DNA of 54,181 bases from Candidatus Levyibacteriota bacterium (GTDB lineage: Bacteria; Patescibacteriota; Microgenomatia; Levybacterales; UBA12049). The stretch is taken from contig JAGOUW010000005.1 in the NCBI GenBank assembly GCA_018061075.1, forward strand, positions 1-54,181, given 5' to 3'. The first letter of the stretch is position 1. Every line of letters starts with the position of its first letter. The position numbers were made by a program, and so were the translations under genes. The notes beneath the pieces were generated by a model. The model did not search any database and had not been told where the DNA came from. It saw nothing but the letters and a program-made list of their open reading frames with translations. Below, piece after piece: positions 9,721 through 19,174 of the stretch.

Positions 9721-10061
9721 AGACTAGTTAAGTATTTTTGTAAATCTTCTTTTTGTGAATTACTTAAAGTAGGACCTACTTCTTCCAGATATTCCTTAAA
9801 CATATTTTCTGAAACTTTTTTTACAGATTCATTTAATTCTTCTCCTGAAAAATAATCTTTTAAGAGTGTTTCTAGTTTTTCAGGCTTACTAAGGCTTAAT
9901 CTTTGCCTGAGCTGATCTAATTTATTCTGTGGTAATTTCTCAGCTAAATTATTTATGGATTTCTGAAGGATCAAACCTAAAAATTCGTTAGCAAATTTTT
10001 CCCTATCATCAGAGTATCCAATTATTTCTAAAACATTTAAAATTATTTCTTTTGGATTCAT
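9717..10061 (-). CDS. hypothetical small helical protein
   Basis: 114-aa ORF that converges on and overlaps the 8086..9720 stop by 4 nt. No motif was recognised. Confidence 0.5.
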   Translation of the reverse strand: MNPKEIILNVLEIIGYSDDREKFANEFLGLILQKSINNLAEKLPQNKLDQLRQRLSLSKPEKLETLLKDYFSGEELNESVKKVSENMFKEYLEEVGPTLSNSQKEDLQKYLTSL

Positions 10062-10063
10062 AT

Positions 10064-10411
10064 TTATCTTCTTAATCTGTCTATCATTGTTGCGTTTAGC
10101 CCAACAGCACCTAAAGTTAATCCTGCTCCAACAGCACCAAAAATAATTTTATTTGTATTGCCCGTCGCAATACCTTCTCCCACTGCAGTGCCATAAACTC
10201 CCACAATACCAATACCAGCAATAGTTGATACTCTCGCAATATTTTTTAATATAAAATCGTTTGTCTTACGCGTAGGTGCTTCATGATTATCTCTTTCTGG
10301 CTGCACAAGTGACGGTTTCGACCCCTTTACTTTTTCAAGCTGTATTCTTCCTGGAATATAACCATCTGGTGCAAATGTCATTACTGGTTGATCAAGTGGA
10401 GATTCGAGCAT
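10064..10411 (-). CDS. glycine-zipper two-TM small membrane protein (paralog P3)
   Basis: 115 aa. IAGIGIVGVYGTAVGEGIATG ... IIFGAVGAGLTLGAVGL shows GxxxG/glycine-zipper periodicity. Confidence 0.6.
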   Translation of the reverse strand: MLESPLDQPVMTFAPDGYIPGRIQLEKVKGSKPSLVQPERDNHEAPTRKTNDFILKNIARVSTIAGIGIVGVYGTAVGEGIATGNTNKIIFGAVGAGLTLGAVGLNATMIDRLRR

Positions 10412-10417
10412 AAATAG

Positions 10418-10446
10418 AATTTACTATAGATGGTAACTCCAGTCAA
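10418..10446 (-). promoter_or_regulatory. promoter of P3 (TTGACT-17-TAAATT), with the ATG 6 nt after the -10
   Basis: Read on the minus strand. Confidence 0.55.
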
Positions 10447-10459
10447 ACTTAAACTATGC

Positions 10460-10756
10460 TTATTTGTTTTGTCCCATTTGAGATAAAACGCCTGCTGCCA
10501 TACTAAAACCAGCTGCAACAGCTCCCAAAATTAGCCTATCCGCTCTCTCATAAAAAAGCCCATCAGCCATTACTAACCCACTTATTCCTGCTATAGTTTG
10601 CGCTGCATTAAATTTCCAATCTCTAATAATTTTCCCTGAAGATTCTGTTGAAGTAGCTTTACTAGACTGCGGCTCAGCCTGAGGCGCTACTTTCATTCCA
10701 CGCGGTGCCCAATCTGAGTTTCTGGGAGAATCGGGATTAAATAAACCATCTGGCAT
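10460..10756 (-). CDS. glycine-zipper two-TM small membrane protein (paralog P4)
   Basis: 98 aa. IAGISGLVMADGLFY ... LILGAVAAGFSMAAGVL. Same layout as P3. Confidence 0.6.
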   Translation of the reverse strand: MPDGLFNPDSPRNSDWAPRGMKVAPQAEPQSSKATSTESSGKIIRDWKFNAAQTIAGISGLVMADGLFYERADRLILGAVAAGFSMAAGVLSQMGQNK

Positions 10757-10762
10757 AAACCT

Positions 10763-10791
10763 ATAATAAATTTTAGTATGTTTGCTGTCAA
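10763..10791 (-). promoter_or_regulatory. promoter of P4 (TTGACA-17-TATTAT), with the ATG 6 nt after the -10
   Basis: Read on the minus strand. The -35 overlaps the stop codon of the upstream methyltransferase gene. Confidence 0.6.
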
Positions 10792-11396
10792 TTAACCTGA
10801 GAGGATTTCTTTTTTACAACCACCATAGTCCATGGGATTGGGAGTTTTCTTGTAACTAATTTTACTTCTCTAATTTTTACAAATTTTAAAAATGATCTAT
10901 ATGTCCAATGCTGAATGTGCTCTGGATGCGATCCAAGATGTAAAATATTTTGGAATCTCGCCATTCTCTGGATTGTAAAAAATGGTTCGTTTGGAACTGA
11001 CATTAGAACATATTTACGACTTACTCTTAATAATTCTTTATATGCTTTTTTAGGATTTTCTAGATGTTCTAAAACCTCTGTGCAAACTACTAAGTCAAAA
11101 GAATTATCTTTATATGGAAGCTTGTAAATATCTCCTTTTTTTATTTCTAGTATTGGATAAAGTTTTTTTCCGAGTTCAATCGCTGCATCTTCGTACTCAA
11201 TTCCCTCATGACTCTTCCCTATTTTTTCTTTTTTTAGCCTTGCTAAAGTAAATCCTTCCCCGCAGCCAACATCAAGAATAGTATCTATATTTAAAGGGCG
11301 TGTAGTTTTAACGACTGTATTTAAAAAATTATTTAAGAAAACTCTCCCAATAGGATTTTTAGTTGTATGCTTGTCAAAATTCGTAGTTTTTCCCAT
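10788..11396 (-). CDS. class I SAM-dependent methyltransferase
   Basis: ILDVGCGEGF (motif I) and DLVVCTEVLEHL (motif II/III region). Confidence 0.8.
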   Translation of the reverse strand: MGKTTNFDKHTTKNPIGRVFLNNFLNTVVKTTRPLNIDTILDVGCGEGFTLARLKKEKIGKSHEGIEYEDAAIELGKKLYPILEIKKGDIYKLPYKDNSFDLVVCTEVLEHLENPKKAYKELLRVSRKYVLMSVPNEPFFTIQRMARFQNILHLGSHPEHIQHWTYRSFLKFVKIREVKLVTRKLPIPWTMVVVKKKSSQVN

Positions 11397-11457
11397 AGAG
11401 CAAAAGGAGATTATATATAAAAGGATATCAAAGTTAAAGGGTTAATTATGTAGGAAA

Positions 11458-12159
11458 TTAAGTTTGGGGCTTACTAGCTGGAGGTATTTCTCCGGTTAGA
11501 TCTTGACGAACTTCCCCCAAGCTTCTTGCTGGACTTTGTGCTGGAGCAAGTACTCGTGGCAAATCCGCAATTGAACTTACTCCTCGCAAAGCAACTGGCT
11601 GTTTTCTTTCAGACATTCTATCAGCGAAATCTGATTCCGCATCTGCTACTTCAAGAAGAAGACTACTTGTTAAAATTTCACCAGTGTATGGAAGACCATT
11701 TGCTTCATGTCCACTCCTATTTAAAAGATCTGCCATCTCATCTGGCGTAAAAACCATTGAAGGAACTCTATCATAAACATTACGAACTCCTTCGCGGCTT
11801 ACATACTGGACTCTCCCAGACTCCCTGAATCTATGATGGCCATCTACTATCACAAGAGCCGACTCATCTGCGCTTTTAGGAACAAGGCATACAAGTATAG
11901 GATCTTTTCTAAGATAACCTTCAGGATCATGCTCTAAAGCTCTAATCACCCTAAGACTTTTACCTTGTGAGTATTCATCTCCTGTTTGTCTCCCAAAAAT
12001 ATTCCATCTTGGAATATCAATTCTAAGACCAACACCTTCTGGAACTTCCCTTACGACATCATCCGTTGGATAATGAATTCCAGATGGAGCAAGCCTGTCA
12101 ACTTTTTTTTGAATTTTTGAAGGAACATTAACAACTATTTCTCCTGTCGATTCGGCCAT
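11458..12159 (-). CDS. ParB/sulfiredoxin-fold (ParB-like nuclease domain) protein
   Basis: LVIVDGHHRFRESG matches the DGHHR signature of the ParB N-terminal/Srx fold. The C-terminal half is low complexity. Confidence 0.5.
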   Translation of the reverse strand: MAESTGEIVVNVPSKIQKKVDRLAPSGIHYPTDDVVREVPEGVGLRIDIPRWNIFGRQTGDEYSQGKSLRVIRALEHDPEGYLRKDPILVCLVPKSADESALVIVDGHHRFRESGRVQYVSREGVRNVYDRVPSMVFTPDEMADLLNRSGHEANGLPYTGEILTSSLLLEVADAESDFADRMSERKQPVALRGVSSIADLPRVLAPAQSPARSLGEVRQDLTGEIPPASKPQT

Positions 12160-12164
12160 ATCTA

Positions 12165-12193
12165 AATAATATATTACTCCTATTTTTTGTCAA
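12165..12193 (-). promoter_or_regulatory. promoter of the ParB-like gene (TTGACA-17-ATTATT), with the ATG 5 nt after the -10
   Basis: Read on the minus strand. Confidence 0.5.
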
Positions 12194-12209
12194 TTTAAAT
12201 AATTTTGAA

Positions 12210-12770
12210 ATGATTAAAACATTATTGACTTCTTTTAAATTTGAGCTAATAATCAAATTAGTGATAAATAAAGAGAAATTGCCTCTTTTAGTTGGAATAC
12301 TAATACCAATTGGTCTGGTGGTTTTAGTTTTCGCATACTCATTCATCCCTACTTTATTAGTCAAACCTCAATACGACTTCCTATACGCCAAACAGGACTA
12401 TGATGATTCAAAAGTACAAGTTATATCTGGGAAATTAACAATAACTGAGAGCGAAAGAGATAGGTATGATTATTATGGAGAAGAGGATGAATATTCCGTA
12501 AGAAGCACACCAGATCCTGAAATTTACTACTACTCCGTTAAGGGAGCTACGAGTAAGAGAATCTCTACGGAAGAAGCATTGGACTACAAACTTCTTGGCG
12601 AATCCACTTCTCCTGACGGGTTTAGAGTGGGCAGAAATACATCGGGAGGTTCAGTTTTTCCATTTTATTTTTCGGATGAAGATGACGGATTTTATTTGTT
12701 AGGAAAAGGATTAAAGAAAAAAGTTGGTAGTGACTATTATTTGAAATTTGTCGGTTGGGTTGATAAATGA
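12210..12770 (+). CDS. hypothetical signal-anchored protein
   Basis: 186-aa ORF with an N-terminal TM (LPLLVGILIPIGLVVLVFAY). Its TGA stop overlaps the next ATG. Confidence 0.55.
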   Translation: MIKTLLTSFKFELIIKLVINKEKLPLLVGILIPIGLVVLVFAYSFIPTLLVKPQYDFLYAKQDYDDSKVQVISGKLTITESERDRYDYYGEEDEYSVRSTPDPEIYYYSVKGATSKRISTEEALDYKLLGESTSPDGFRVGRNTSGGSVFPFYFSDEDDGFYLLGKGLKKKVGSDYYLKFVGWVDK

Positions 12771-13813
12771 ACAACTTAGAATTATCTACTTTTTTAAGTG
12801 ATTTAGCGACATTAACAAAAGCTAATAAAATTTCTCAAGATCAAGTTGTAAAACTTATAAATGAAAAGCTGAACGCTAAAACTACTTCCCCAACAGTAGT
12901 AAATACACCGCAACCACAAAAAGCCGGGCTAAGATCAGAAATAAAATCTCAGCACATATTCTACGGTGTGGGTGCAATAGTAGTAATAATTGGAATCGTA
13001 TTTTTAGTGGGACAGATCTGGAGCGATTTAAATGTATTTATTAAAGTAGCTATAACACTTGGTCCAGCGATCTCTGCATATTCCTTAGGTTACTACATGC
13101 ATAAACATGTAAGTCGGGCTCTTGCATCTGCTTTCTTCATGATTTCAGCAGCAATATTCCCACTTGGTGTTGGTATGGTAATTAATGCTTTGGGATTTGT
13201 CGATTCGCTTGCTGCCGAAGGACTTTTATTAAATTTTGTGATACTTATGACAATCGCCACCGCATCCTACTACTCTCTAAAAGAAGATGTATTTATTCCT
13301 CTCTCGATTTCTTCAGCGACAGGAACTTATTTTACGGCTACATACATCTTATTTAGAAACATAACTGTCATAGATCATTTTGGAGAATATACCATGATTG
13401 CTCTTGGAATTTCTTATATCTTAATCGGATATTACCTTAGAGCTAAAAATATAATGTCAAATCTTTTATACTCAGCTGGTATTATTTTTATTCTCTCAAT
13501 GATGATTTTACTCCAAGGTTTTAATGACATAAAACCAGAAAGTATTATTTGGACATTTATTCACACGATAACACTTGCTGTTTTCTTTTATTTAAGCATA
13601 AAACTACAAAGCAGACTTCTATTATTTATCTCAACACTTTTTACAATTATTCAAATATTAAAATTCACAGGTGAATTTTTTGCAGAAAGTATTGGCTGGA
13701 CCGTGAGCTTAATAGTAGCAGGTTTAATTATAATCGGGATCGGATATCTCAGCTTTGAAGTTAATAAAAAATATATTAAATCCTCTTTAAAATCTACGAC
13801 GACAAATCCTTAA
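12767..13813 (+). CDS. polytopic integral membrane protein
   Basis: 348 aa, with about 9 hydrophobic segments after a soluble N-terminus. Translationally coupled (ATGA) to the upstream ORF. Confidence 0.6.
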   Translation: MNNLELSTFLSDLATLTKANKISQDQVVKLINEKLNAKTTSPTVVNTPQPQKAGLRSEIKSQHIFYGVGAIVVIIGIVFLVGQIWSDLNVFIKVAITLGPAISAYSLGYYMHKHVSRALASAFFMISAAIFPLGVGMVINALGFVDSLAAEGLLLNFVILMTIATASYYSLKEDVFIPLSISSATGTYFTATYILFRNITVIDHFGEYTMIALGISYILIGYYLRAKNIMSNLLYSAGIIFILSMMILLQGFNDIKPESIIWTFIHTITLAVFFYLSIKLQSRLLLFISTLFTIIQILKFTGEFFAESIGWTVSLIVAGLIIIGIGYLSFEVNKKYIKSSLKSTTTNP

Positions 13814-14348
13814 GCTTCTTAAAATCTTTCTCAAATTCTAGCTTATATTTTCCTGGAAACCGTAATACCGCAGCTGGATGAAGAGTTAAAAAATATTTTA
13901 TTCCATCTTTTTCTTCAATAATTTCCCCATGTTCTTTAACTACGAAAACTTTTTTCCCTAAAACTCCTTCTGCTGCCACTCGTCCGAGTAAAACAACTAA
14001 CTTGGGCTTTATAATTTCAAATTGTTTCATCAAATGAATTCTCCCATGAGCAATATCCTCACTCGTTGGCGTTCCGCGATCCGGTAAATATTTTACAGGA
14101 GAGGTTATATAGACTTCAGACTCTTTCAAACCAATACCTGTGATCATAGATCGAAGTAATTTTCCAGATCTGCCAATAAAAGGACGCCCAACAATTGCTT
14201 CATTTTTCCCAGGCGCTTCTCCTATAAAAACTATTTCTGCCTCCAGTGACCCTTCCCCAACAACTGCTTTTCCACTTTTCTCCTGCTTGCAAACCTTACA
14301 CTCCTCAATCTCTGAAGCAACCTTTTGCATTTCCGAAAGTTTATTCAT
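13794..14348 (-). CDS. uracil-DNA glycosylase, family 4
   Basis: GEAPGKNEAIVGRPFIGRSGKLL and HPAAVLR motifs. The N-terminal CKVCKQ is consistent with an Fe-S family-4 UDG. The start was chosen at the second ATG; the ORF track opens at 14381. Confidence 0.8.
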   Translation of the reverse strand: MNKLSEMQKVASEIEECKVCKQEKSGKAVVGEGSLEAEIVFIGEAPGKNEAIVGRPFIGRSGKLLRSMITGIGLKESEVYITSPVKYLPDRGTPTSEDIAHGRIHLMKQFEIIKPKLVVLLGRVAAEGVLGKKVFVVKEHGEIIEEKDGIKYFLTLHPAAVLRFPGKYKLEFEKDFKKLKDLSS

Positions 14349-14877
14349 GAGGCATTTTTTCAATAACTTCGTAAAGAACAATTCCTAGACTTACCATAAC
14401 GTTTAAACTTATATTTACTCCATACATTGGGAGCTCAACTATTTCATCTGAAGCTTTTAAAACCTCTTCGTTAACTCCAGTTGTCTCATGACCCACTACT
14501 AAGGCAATTGGAAAATTGTACTCAACTTTATCATACGGAACACTTCTTTTATCGAGCTCTACAGATACAATCTGAATTCCTGGAACTTCTTTTCTAAGTT
14601 TTTCAATTGCGATTAGAGGGGTTTCTGCATATTCCCAATTCACCCACTCAGTCGTATTTATTGAAGCTTTTTTAATTCTAGTGTGAGGTGGGATTTCACT
14701 TTCTCCGCAAATAAATATTTTCTCTGCTGCTACGGCATCAGCCAATCTAAAAATTGCACCAATATTATAGGTGTCCAAAACATTATCTAAAACAATATAA
14801 ATTGGATTTTTTTTAATCTTCGCAAACTGCTCAGGCGTCGGTTTAATAGTTCTTAATTCTTTTGCCTTTAATTTCAT
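14341..14877 (-). CDS. SpoU/TrmH-family RNA 2'-O-methyltransferase
   Basis: YNIGAIFRLADAV, LVVGHETTGV and LNVMVSLGIVLYE are the three SPOUT motifs. Confidence 0.8.
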   Translation of the reverse strand: MKLKAKELRTIKPTPEQFAKIKKNPIYIVLDNVLDTYNIGAIFRLADAVAAEKIFICGESEIPPHTRIKKASINTTEWVNWEYAETPLIAIEKLRKEVPGIQIVSVELDKRSVPYDKVEYNFPIALVVGHETTGVNEEVLKASDEIVELPMYGVNISLNVMVSLGIVLYEVIEKMPHE

Positions 14878-14970
14878 CTTCCTATTTTACTAAAATTAGC
14901 TACCCCAAACTAGAGGCTAACCAATACTTGATACTAATCTTAGCTTTACCTATAATCTAATCTACTAAAA

Positions 14971-16548
14971 ATGTCGTCAGATGAACCTAACTTATCAAGA
15001 ACTGCCTTAAGTCTAATTAATGTCTTTGAGGAAATCGAAAAAGAAAAAGATGATGATAAAATCGTCGTTAATCAATTAATCTCTAAAGTCGCCTCTTTCT
15101 ACGAAAAGTTCAGAACCGCTATGGATTATGGCAGCGAGGAAACAATTCCCCGCCGTGCAATCGAGCGAATGCTTAAGAGAATGCTTTTCCTAGAGCCCGA
15201 TTCTAAAAAATTAGCCCAGCATCTTTTACGTGAACTTGTTTGGGCGGGATACCTTCCAAATGCGACAGTCCCAGAATCAATAGTTAATGAACTAGCAAAT
15301 TCAATTTCCCTGCATCTTAAATTAAAAGAAATAGTTTCGAAGAAAAAAATTATAAAAAGAGAGGAACTAAATGAATTTACTATTCAAATTCTGTCTTGCG
15401 AAATTCTCCAAACCTTAATTCCTTCAAAAGAAAAAACAGCAGTTGCAAATTTTATGTTTAAAAATTTAAAAGATACGGTGAAAATTACTGATGACTCAGA
15501 ACAAACGCGCGATATTCAAGTTTTTATAGCTATAAGAAAAGTCTTCGGTGGAGATGACATAGCGCTTTTACGATTTAGACTTTTTAGAGAAATTTTTGGA
15601 AAATTAAACGATAGCAACTTAGAACAAGTCGCAGGGAATTTTGAAGGCGGATACAGAGAAATTAAAAAACAACTTACCTATCCTAAAAAAGAAAAAATCG
15701 CAAATCATATTAGGAAAAAGACTCCATCTTTTTCAATTCTTTTTGATGTTTTGAATCGTGAAAAAGGAAATATAAAAGAGATTGTAAATGATGAAAATGT
15801 TTTTAAAGATCTCGTATTTGAGACTTGTGATAATAAATATTCTTTAATTAGAAGTAAGGTCCAGACTGCGATAGTTCGAAGTTTTATTTTTATTTTATTT
15901 ACCAAAGCCATACTCGCACTAGCTGTTGAGGGAACTTTTGAAAGTATTTTTCTAGGAGGAATTCAATGGACTTCAATTATTCTTAACACAGCACTTCCCC
16001 CTTTAATTATGGTAATTGTGGGACTAAGTATAAGAACGCCTTCTAAAGAAAACTCCGAAATTATTTTTAAAGATATTCAAAAACTTCTTTCAGAAGAAAA
16101 TCCATCACTTAATCACAATCTAACAGTAAGCTTAAAAGAGACTAGTAAAAAAACAGTTTATGATTATGTTTTCTCCCTTCTCTGGTTCCTTTCAATTATT
16201 GGAACTTTCAGCGGAATTTGGTACATCTTAGGACTTCTAGATTTCAATATACTGAGTAAGGGAATTTTCATTTTCTTTATCGCTATAATTTCTTTTCTTT
16301 CTTATAGAATTTATCAAACAGCTCATATTTATACGGTCACAAAAAAACAAAGTATTTTTACGCCTTTCTTTGACTTCCTATTCATTCCAATAGTTAAAGT
16401 TGGAAGAAGTCTTACTGAAGGAATTTCTCAAATTAATTTTTTACTTTTAGTAATCGACTTTCTCATAGAGGCTCCATTTAAAGGAACAATCGGATTTTTT
16501 GAACAATGGTTTTTGTTTGCCGCTAATAAACGCGAGGAACTAGAGTAA
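14971..16548 (+). CDS. hypothetical membrane protein (soluble N-terminal half, polytopic C-terminal half)
   Basis: 525-aa ORF. No family motif was recognised. Confidence 0.55.
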   Translation: MSSDEPNLSRTALSLINVFEEIEKEKDDDKIVVNQLISKVASFYEKFRTAMDYGSEETIPRRAIERMLKRMLFLEPDSKKLAQHLLRELVWAGYLPNATVPESIVNELANSISLHLKLKEIVSKKKIIKREELNEFTIQILSCEILQTLIPSKEKTAVANFMFKNLKDTVKITDDSEQTRDIQVFIAIRKVFGGDDIALLRFRLFREIFGKLNDSNLEQVAGNFEGGYREIKKQLTYPKKEKIANHIRKKTPSFSILFDVLNREKGNIKEIVNDENVFKDLVFETCDNKYSLIRSKVQTAIVRSFIFILFTKAILALAVEGTFESIFLGGIQWTSIILNTALPPLIMVIVGLSIRTPSKENSEIIFKDIQKLLSEENPSLNHNLTVSLKETSKKTVYDYVFSLLWFLSIIGTFSGIWYILGLLDFNILSKGIFIFFIAIISFLSYRIYQTAHIYTVTKKQSIFTPFFDFLFIPIVKVGRSLTEGISQINFLLLVIDFLIEAPFKGTIGFFEQWFLFAANKREELE

Positions 16549-17457
16549 TTATTGCTCTACTGTAACAGTTGGGACTGGAGAAATCTTTTTTAATTCTTCC
16601 CTAGACTTTTTTGCTTCTTTTAGCTTCTGGGAAGCTTCTTTTGATTTTTTAAGAGCTGCTCTAGCTTCTTGAAGTTTTTTCTTTCGCTCTTCTAAAATCT
16701 TTTTTCTCTTTTCTCGCGCTTCCTTTTTCTTCTGAATCATTTCTTTTACTGCTGTTTTCTGAGCATCTACTTTTTCTTCCTGAAGAGCTTTTTTGGCTTC
16801 AATTTCTGCTTCAGTCTGTGCTCTTTTTTCTAATTTTTCTAATTTTTTATCGGCGTTTTCTGCTTGAGTCTCAATTCCTAAAACTGCCGTTTCTACCTCA
16901 TCCTCCAAGTCTTCGTCAATTGCTCCTTCAAAATCCATAGGATTTAAATAATCCTCTACATTTACTTTCGCGATTAACAAAGACTCATTTGCTGATTCTA
17001 ACTTAAGAGATAATTCTTCAGAAGATCCAGCTGAAGCAGCAGAAAGCACTTGTCTATTTAATCTAAGTGAATCATTTATGGATTTTGCAATTTTCGTAAC
17101 ATCTCGTCCTGCAAGCTCTGCTTCTTTTAGATCCGCTGCTAATTCTTTCGATTCTCTGGAGAGCTCATAAAGCGCGGTTGAAATTCCCCTATTACTTCCT
17201 CTTGCGTGCATTACCCTAAGCTCCGCCATTCTTTCACCTACTATTTGATTTCTAACTACTGCTCTTTTTTCTGGAGTAAGGGCCAGAACTAATTTTATTT
17301 CCTGATATAAATTATCTACAAAATAAAGCGGGCTGTCTGGAAGGATAAAGCCAGGTCCATTTGAGACAGCAGGAAATGTATTTTTATTTTGAGCAAGGGC
17401 AACAGGAGTAAAAGTTAAAAAAACAAAAACGAGCAAGGGAACAATTAACTTATTCAT
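16549..17457 (-). CDS. secreted coiled-coil protein with a K/E-rich C-terminus
   Basis: Signal peptide MNKLIVPLLVFVFLTFTPVALA. The C-terminal part is a long KKxEEAxxK-type charged helix. Confidence 0.55.
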   Translation of the reverse strand: MNKLIVPLLVFVFLTFTPVALAQNKNTFPAVSNGPGFILPDSPLYFVDNLYQEIKLVLALTPEKRAVVRNQIVGERMAELRVMHARGSNRGISTALYELSRESKELAADLKEAELAGRDVTKIAKSINDSLRLNRQVLSAASAGSSEELSLKLESANESLLIAKVNVEDYLNPMDFEGAIDEDLEDEVETAVLGIETQAENADKKLEKLEKRAQTEAEIEAKKALQEEKVDAQKTAVKEMIQKKKEAREKRKKILEERKKKLQEARAALKKSKEASQKLKEAKKSREELKKISPVPTVTVEQ

Positions 17458-17503
17458 CTTACTAATTATTGATATAAATTTCCCCTTAAGTCAAGTTTTT
17501 CTA

Positions 17504-17532
17504 TTGACAGGAAAATTTCTCCGGCTCATAAT
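17504..17532 (+). promoter_or_regulatory. promoter TTGACA-17-CATAAT
   Basis: Exact -35 and 17-nt spacer, 12 nt upstream of the ATG at 17544. Confidence 0.6.
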
Positions 17533-17543
17533 AATATACACTT

Positions 17544-17996
17544 ATGACAGCGACCGGACATGCAGTAGTTGGAACAGTGATTGCCGTAGCAATCCCAAAT
17601 CCCATCATAGGAATTCCCCTAGCGGTACTTTCCCATATAGCTTGTGACCTTTTCCCCCACTGGGATATTGGAACTAACAGAGATAAAAAACCAAATAACA
17701 GATTTGTTGTAGAAGCAGTTGGAGACGTAATTTTTAGTTACCTTATTTCAATTCTTCTAATTATTTTCCTGTTCCCCCAAACAGATATGACTTATGCTCT
17801 AGTCATGGTTTTTGCAGCTCAATTTCTGGATTGGGCTTCTGCTCCATTTGTATTTTTTAAGATTAAAAAACCAATCTTTTTTAATCTAGTCTATAGATTT
17901 CAAAAAACTTTTGACAACAGACTTGATAAACCTTGGGGAATAATCGGCCAAGTTAGTGTCTTAATAGTTCTTATTCTTTTAGCAACCCGCATCTAA
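17544..17996 (+). CDS. small membrane protein, possibly a YdjM/DUF457-like metal-dependent hydrolase
   Basis: N-terminal MTATGH and ...HIACDLFPHWD resemble the His/Asp pattern of the LexA-regulated YdjM family. The call is weak. Confidence 0.4.
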   Translation: MTATGHAVVGTVIAVAIPNPIIGIPLAVLSHIACDLFPHWDIGTNRDKKPNNRFVVEAVGDVIFSYLISILLIIFLFPQTDMTYALVMVFAAQFLDWASAPFVFFKIKKPIFFNLVYRFQKTFDNRLDKPWGIIGQVSVLIVLILLATRI

Positions 17997-17997
17997 A

Positions 17998-18291
17998 ATG
18001 GAAAGTAAATCTAAAGAAAGATGGCACGGAGCTCATCACTATTCAAATAAAGTTCATTTCTTTTTAATTTTTGTATTATTTTTATTTGCTGCTACACTTT
18101 TTTGGACCTACGCAACACTCCATGATGAAAGTCTAAAATACGAAAATATTCGCGTCACATATGTAACTCCAACACCTGTGCCTGTTCAAGAAGGTGTCAC
18201 ATGCACCATGGATGCATTACTTTGTCCCGACGGAAGTTATGTAGGACGAAGCGGCCCAAATTGTGAATTCACCAAATGCCCTGGAAATTAA
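17998..18291 (+). CDS. small signal-anchored protein with a Cys-rich C-terminal module
   Basis: TM FFLIFVLFLFAATLFWTYA, then CTMDALLCPDGSYVGRSGPNCEFTKCP. Confidence 0.5.
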   Translation: MESKSKERWHGAHHYSNKVHFFLIFVLFLFAATLFWTYATLHDESLKYENIRVTYVTPTPVPVQEGVTCTMDALLCPDGSYVGRSGPNCEFTKCPGN

Positions 18292-18320
18292 TTGACATAA
18301 ATCTCATATTTTGAAATACT
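18292..18320 (+). promoter_or_regulatory. promoter TTGACA-17-AATACT
   Basis: Exact -35 and 17-nt spacer, 7 nt before the ATG at 18327. Confidence 0.55.
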
Positions 18321-18326
18321 CTACCT

Positions 18327-19172
18327 ATGGACGAAAATAAACCAGCAGCTGCACCACTTGCTTCAGCACCAAGTCAAACTCCACCACCTGCACAATCTGC
18401 ACCAGCTACTCCTCCCGCAGCTTCAACAACCCCTCCACCAACTGAAGATTCTCCATCTGGATCAACAGTCGTAAACCCAAAAAGTTCTGGTGGAATAAAA
18501 TCAAAACTCCCAATAATATTAGTCGTTATTCTTTTATTAGTTATTCTCGTAGCAGGCGGCGTATTCTTCTGGAAAAATATGATGAGAGCAAATGAACCAG
18601 CTCCAACTATGGAAGAAACACCTATCGTTAAGGAAGTTACCGAAGCTCCCCTACCTACCTCTAGCCCATCCGCAGGACTTACCACTTATACAAATACTGT
18701 GAGCATGTGGGAAATGGATTACCCATCAGATAAAAAATTCAAGGCTGAAAAACATCTAGCTACTCAGGTCGGTCCAAATGGATTAGACGAAGCTGTTGTT
18801 TTCTCAATGTTAGGCCCTACTCAAACAGACGGCACAGAATTTCATGATGGAATTTCGTTTACAGTAGGTGTTAAGAAAAAAACAGCAGCCCAAACAGTGA
18901 TGCAGCTTGCAGATGAAGATTCAAAACCCGACCCAGAAACAGCAACTAGAACTCCTTTAAAAGCAATCACAGTAAATGGTCTTGAAGGAGTTGAGACAAC
19001 AGTTTCAGGACTTGGAACATTTAGATTTGTATATCTAGAATACCCAGGAAAAACTGACAGAGTATATTATTTAGCAATTTTCTCTGAAGGACCAGGCGCA
19101 AGCAATGCAGAATATGACACTATAACTGAAGCAATGCTTCAAAGTTTTTATTCAACTTCAGAATCTGAATAA
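18327..19172 (+). CDS. signal-anchored exoprotein with a Pro/Ala-rich N-terminus (YxFxxP family)
   Basis: TM LPIILVVILLLVILVAGGVFFW, followed by the motif TYTNTVSMWEMDYPSD. Confidence 0.6.
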   Translation: MDENKPAAAPLASAPSQTPPPAQSAPATPPAASTTPPPTEDSPSGSTVVNPKSSGGIKSKLPIILVVILLLVILVAGGVFFWKNMMRANEPAPTMEETPIVKEVTEAPLPTSSPSAGLTTYTNTVSMWEMDYPSDKKFKAEKHLATQVGPNGLDEAVVFSMLGPTQTDGTEFHDGISFTVGVKKKTAAQTVMQLADEDSKPDPETATRTPLKAITVNGLEGVETTVSGLGTFRFVYLEYPGKTDRVYYLAIFSEGPGASNAEYDTITEAMLQSFYSTSESE

Positions 19173-19174
19173 GA

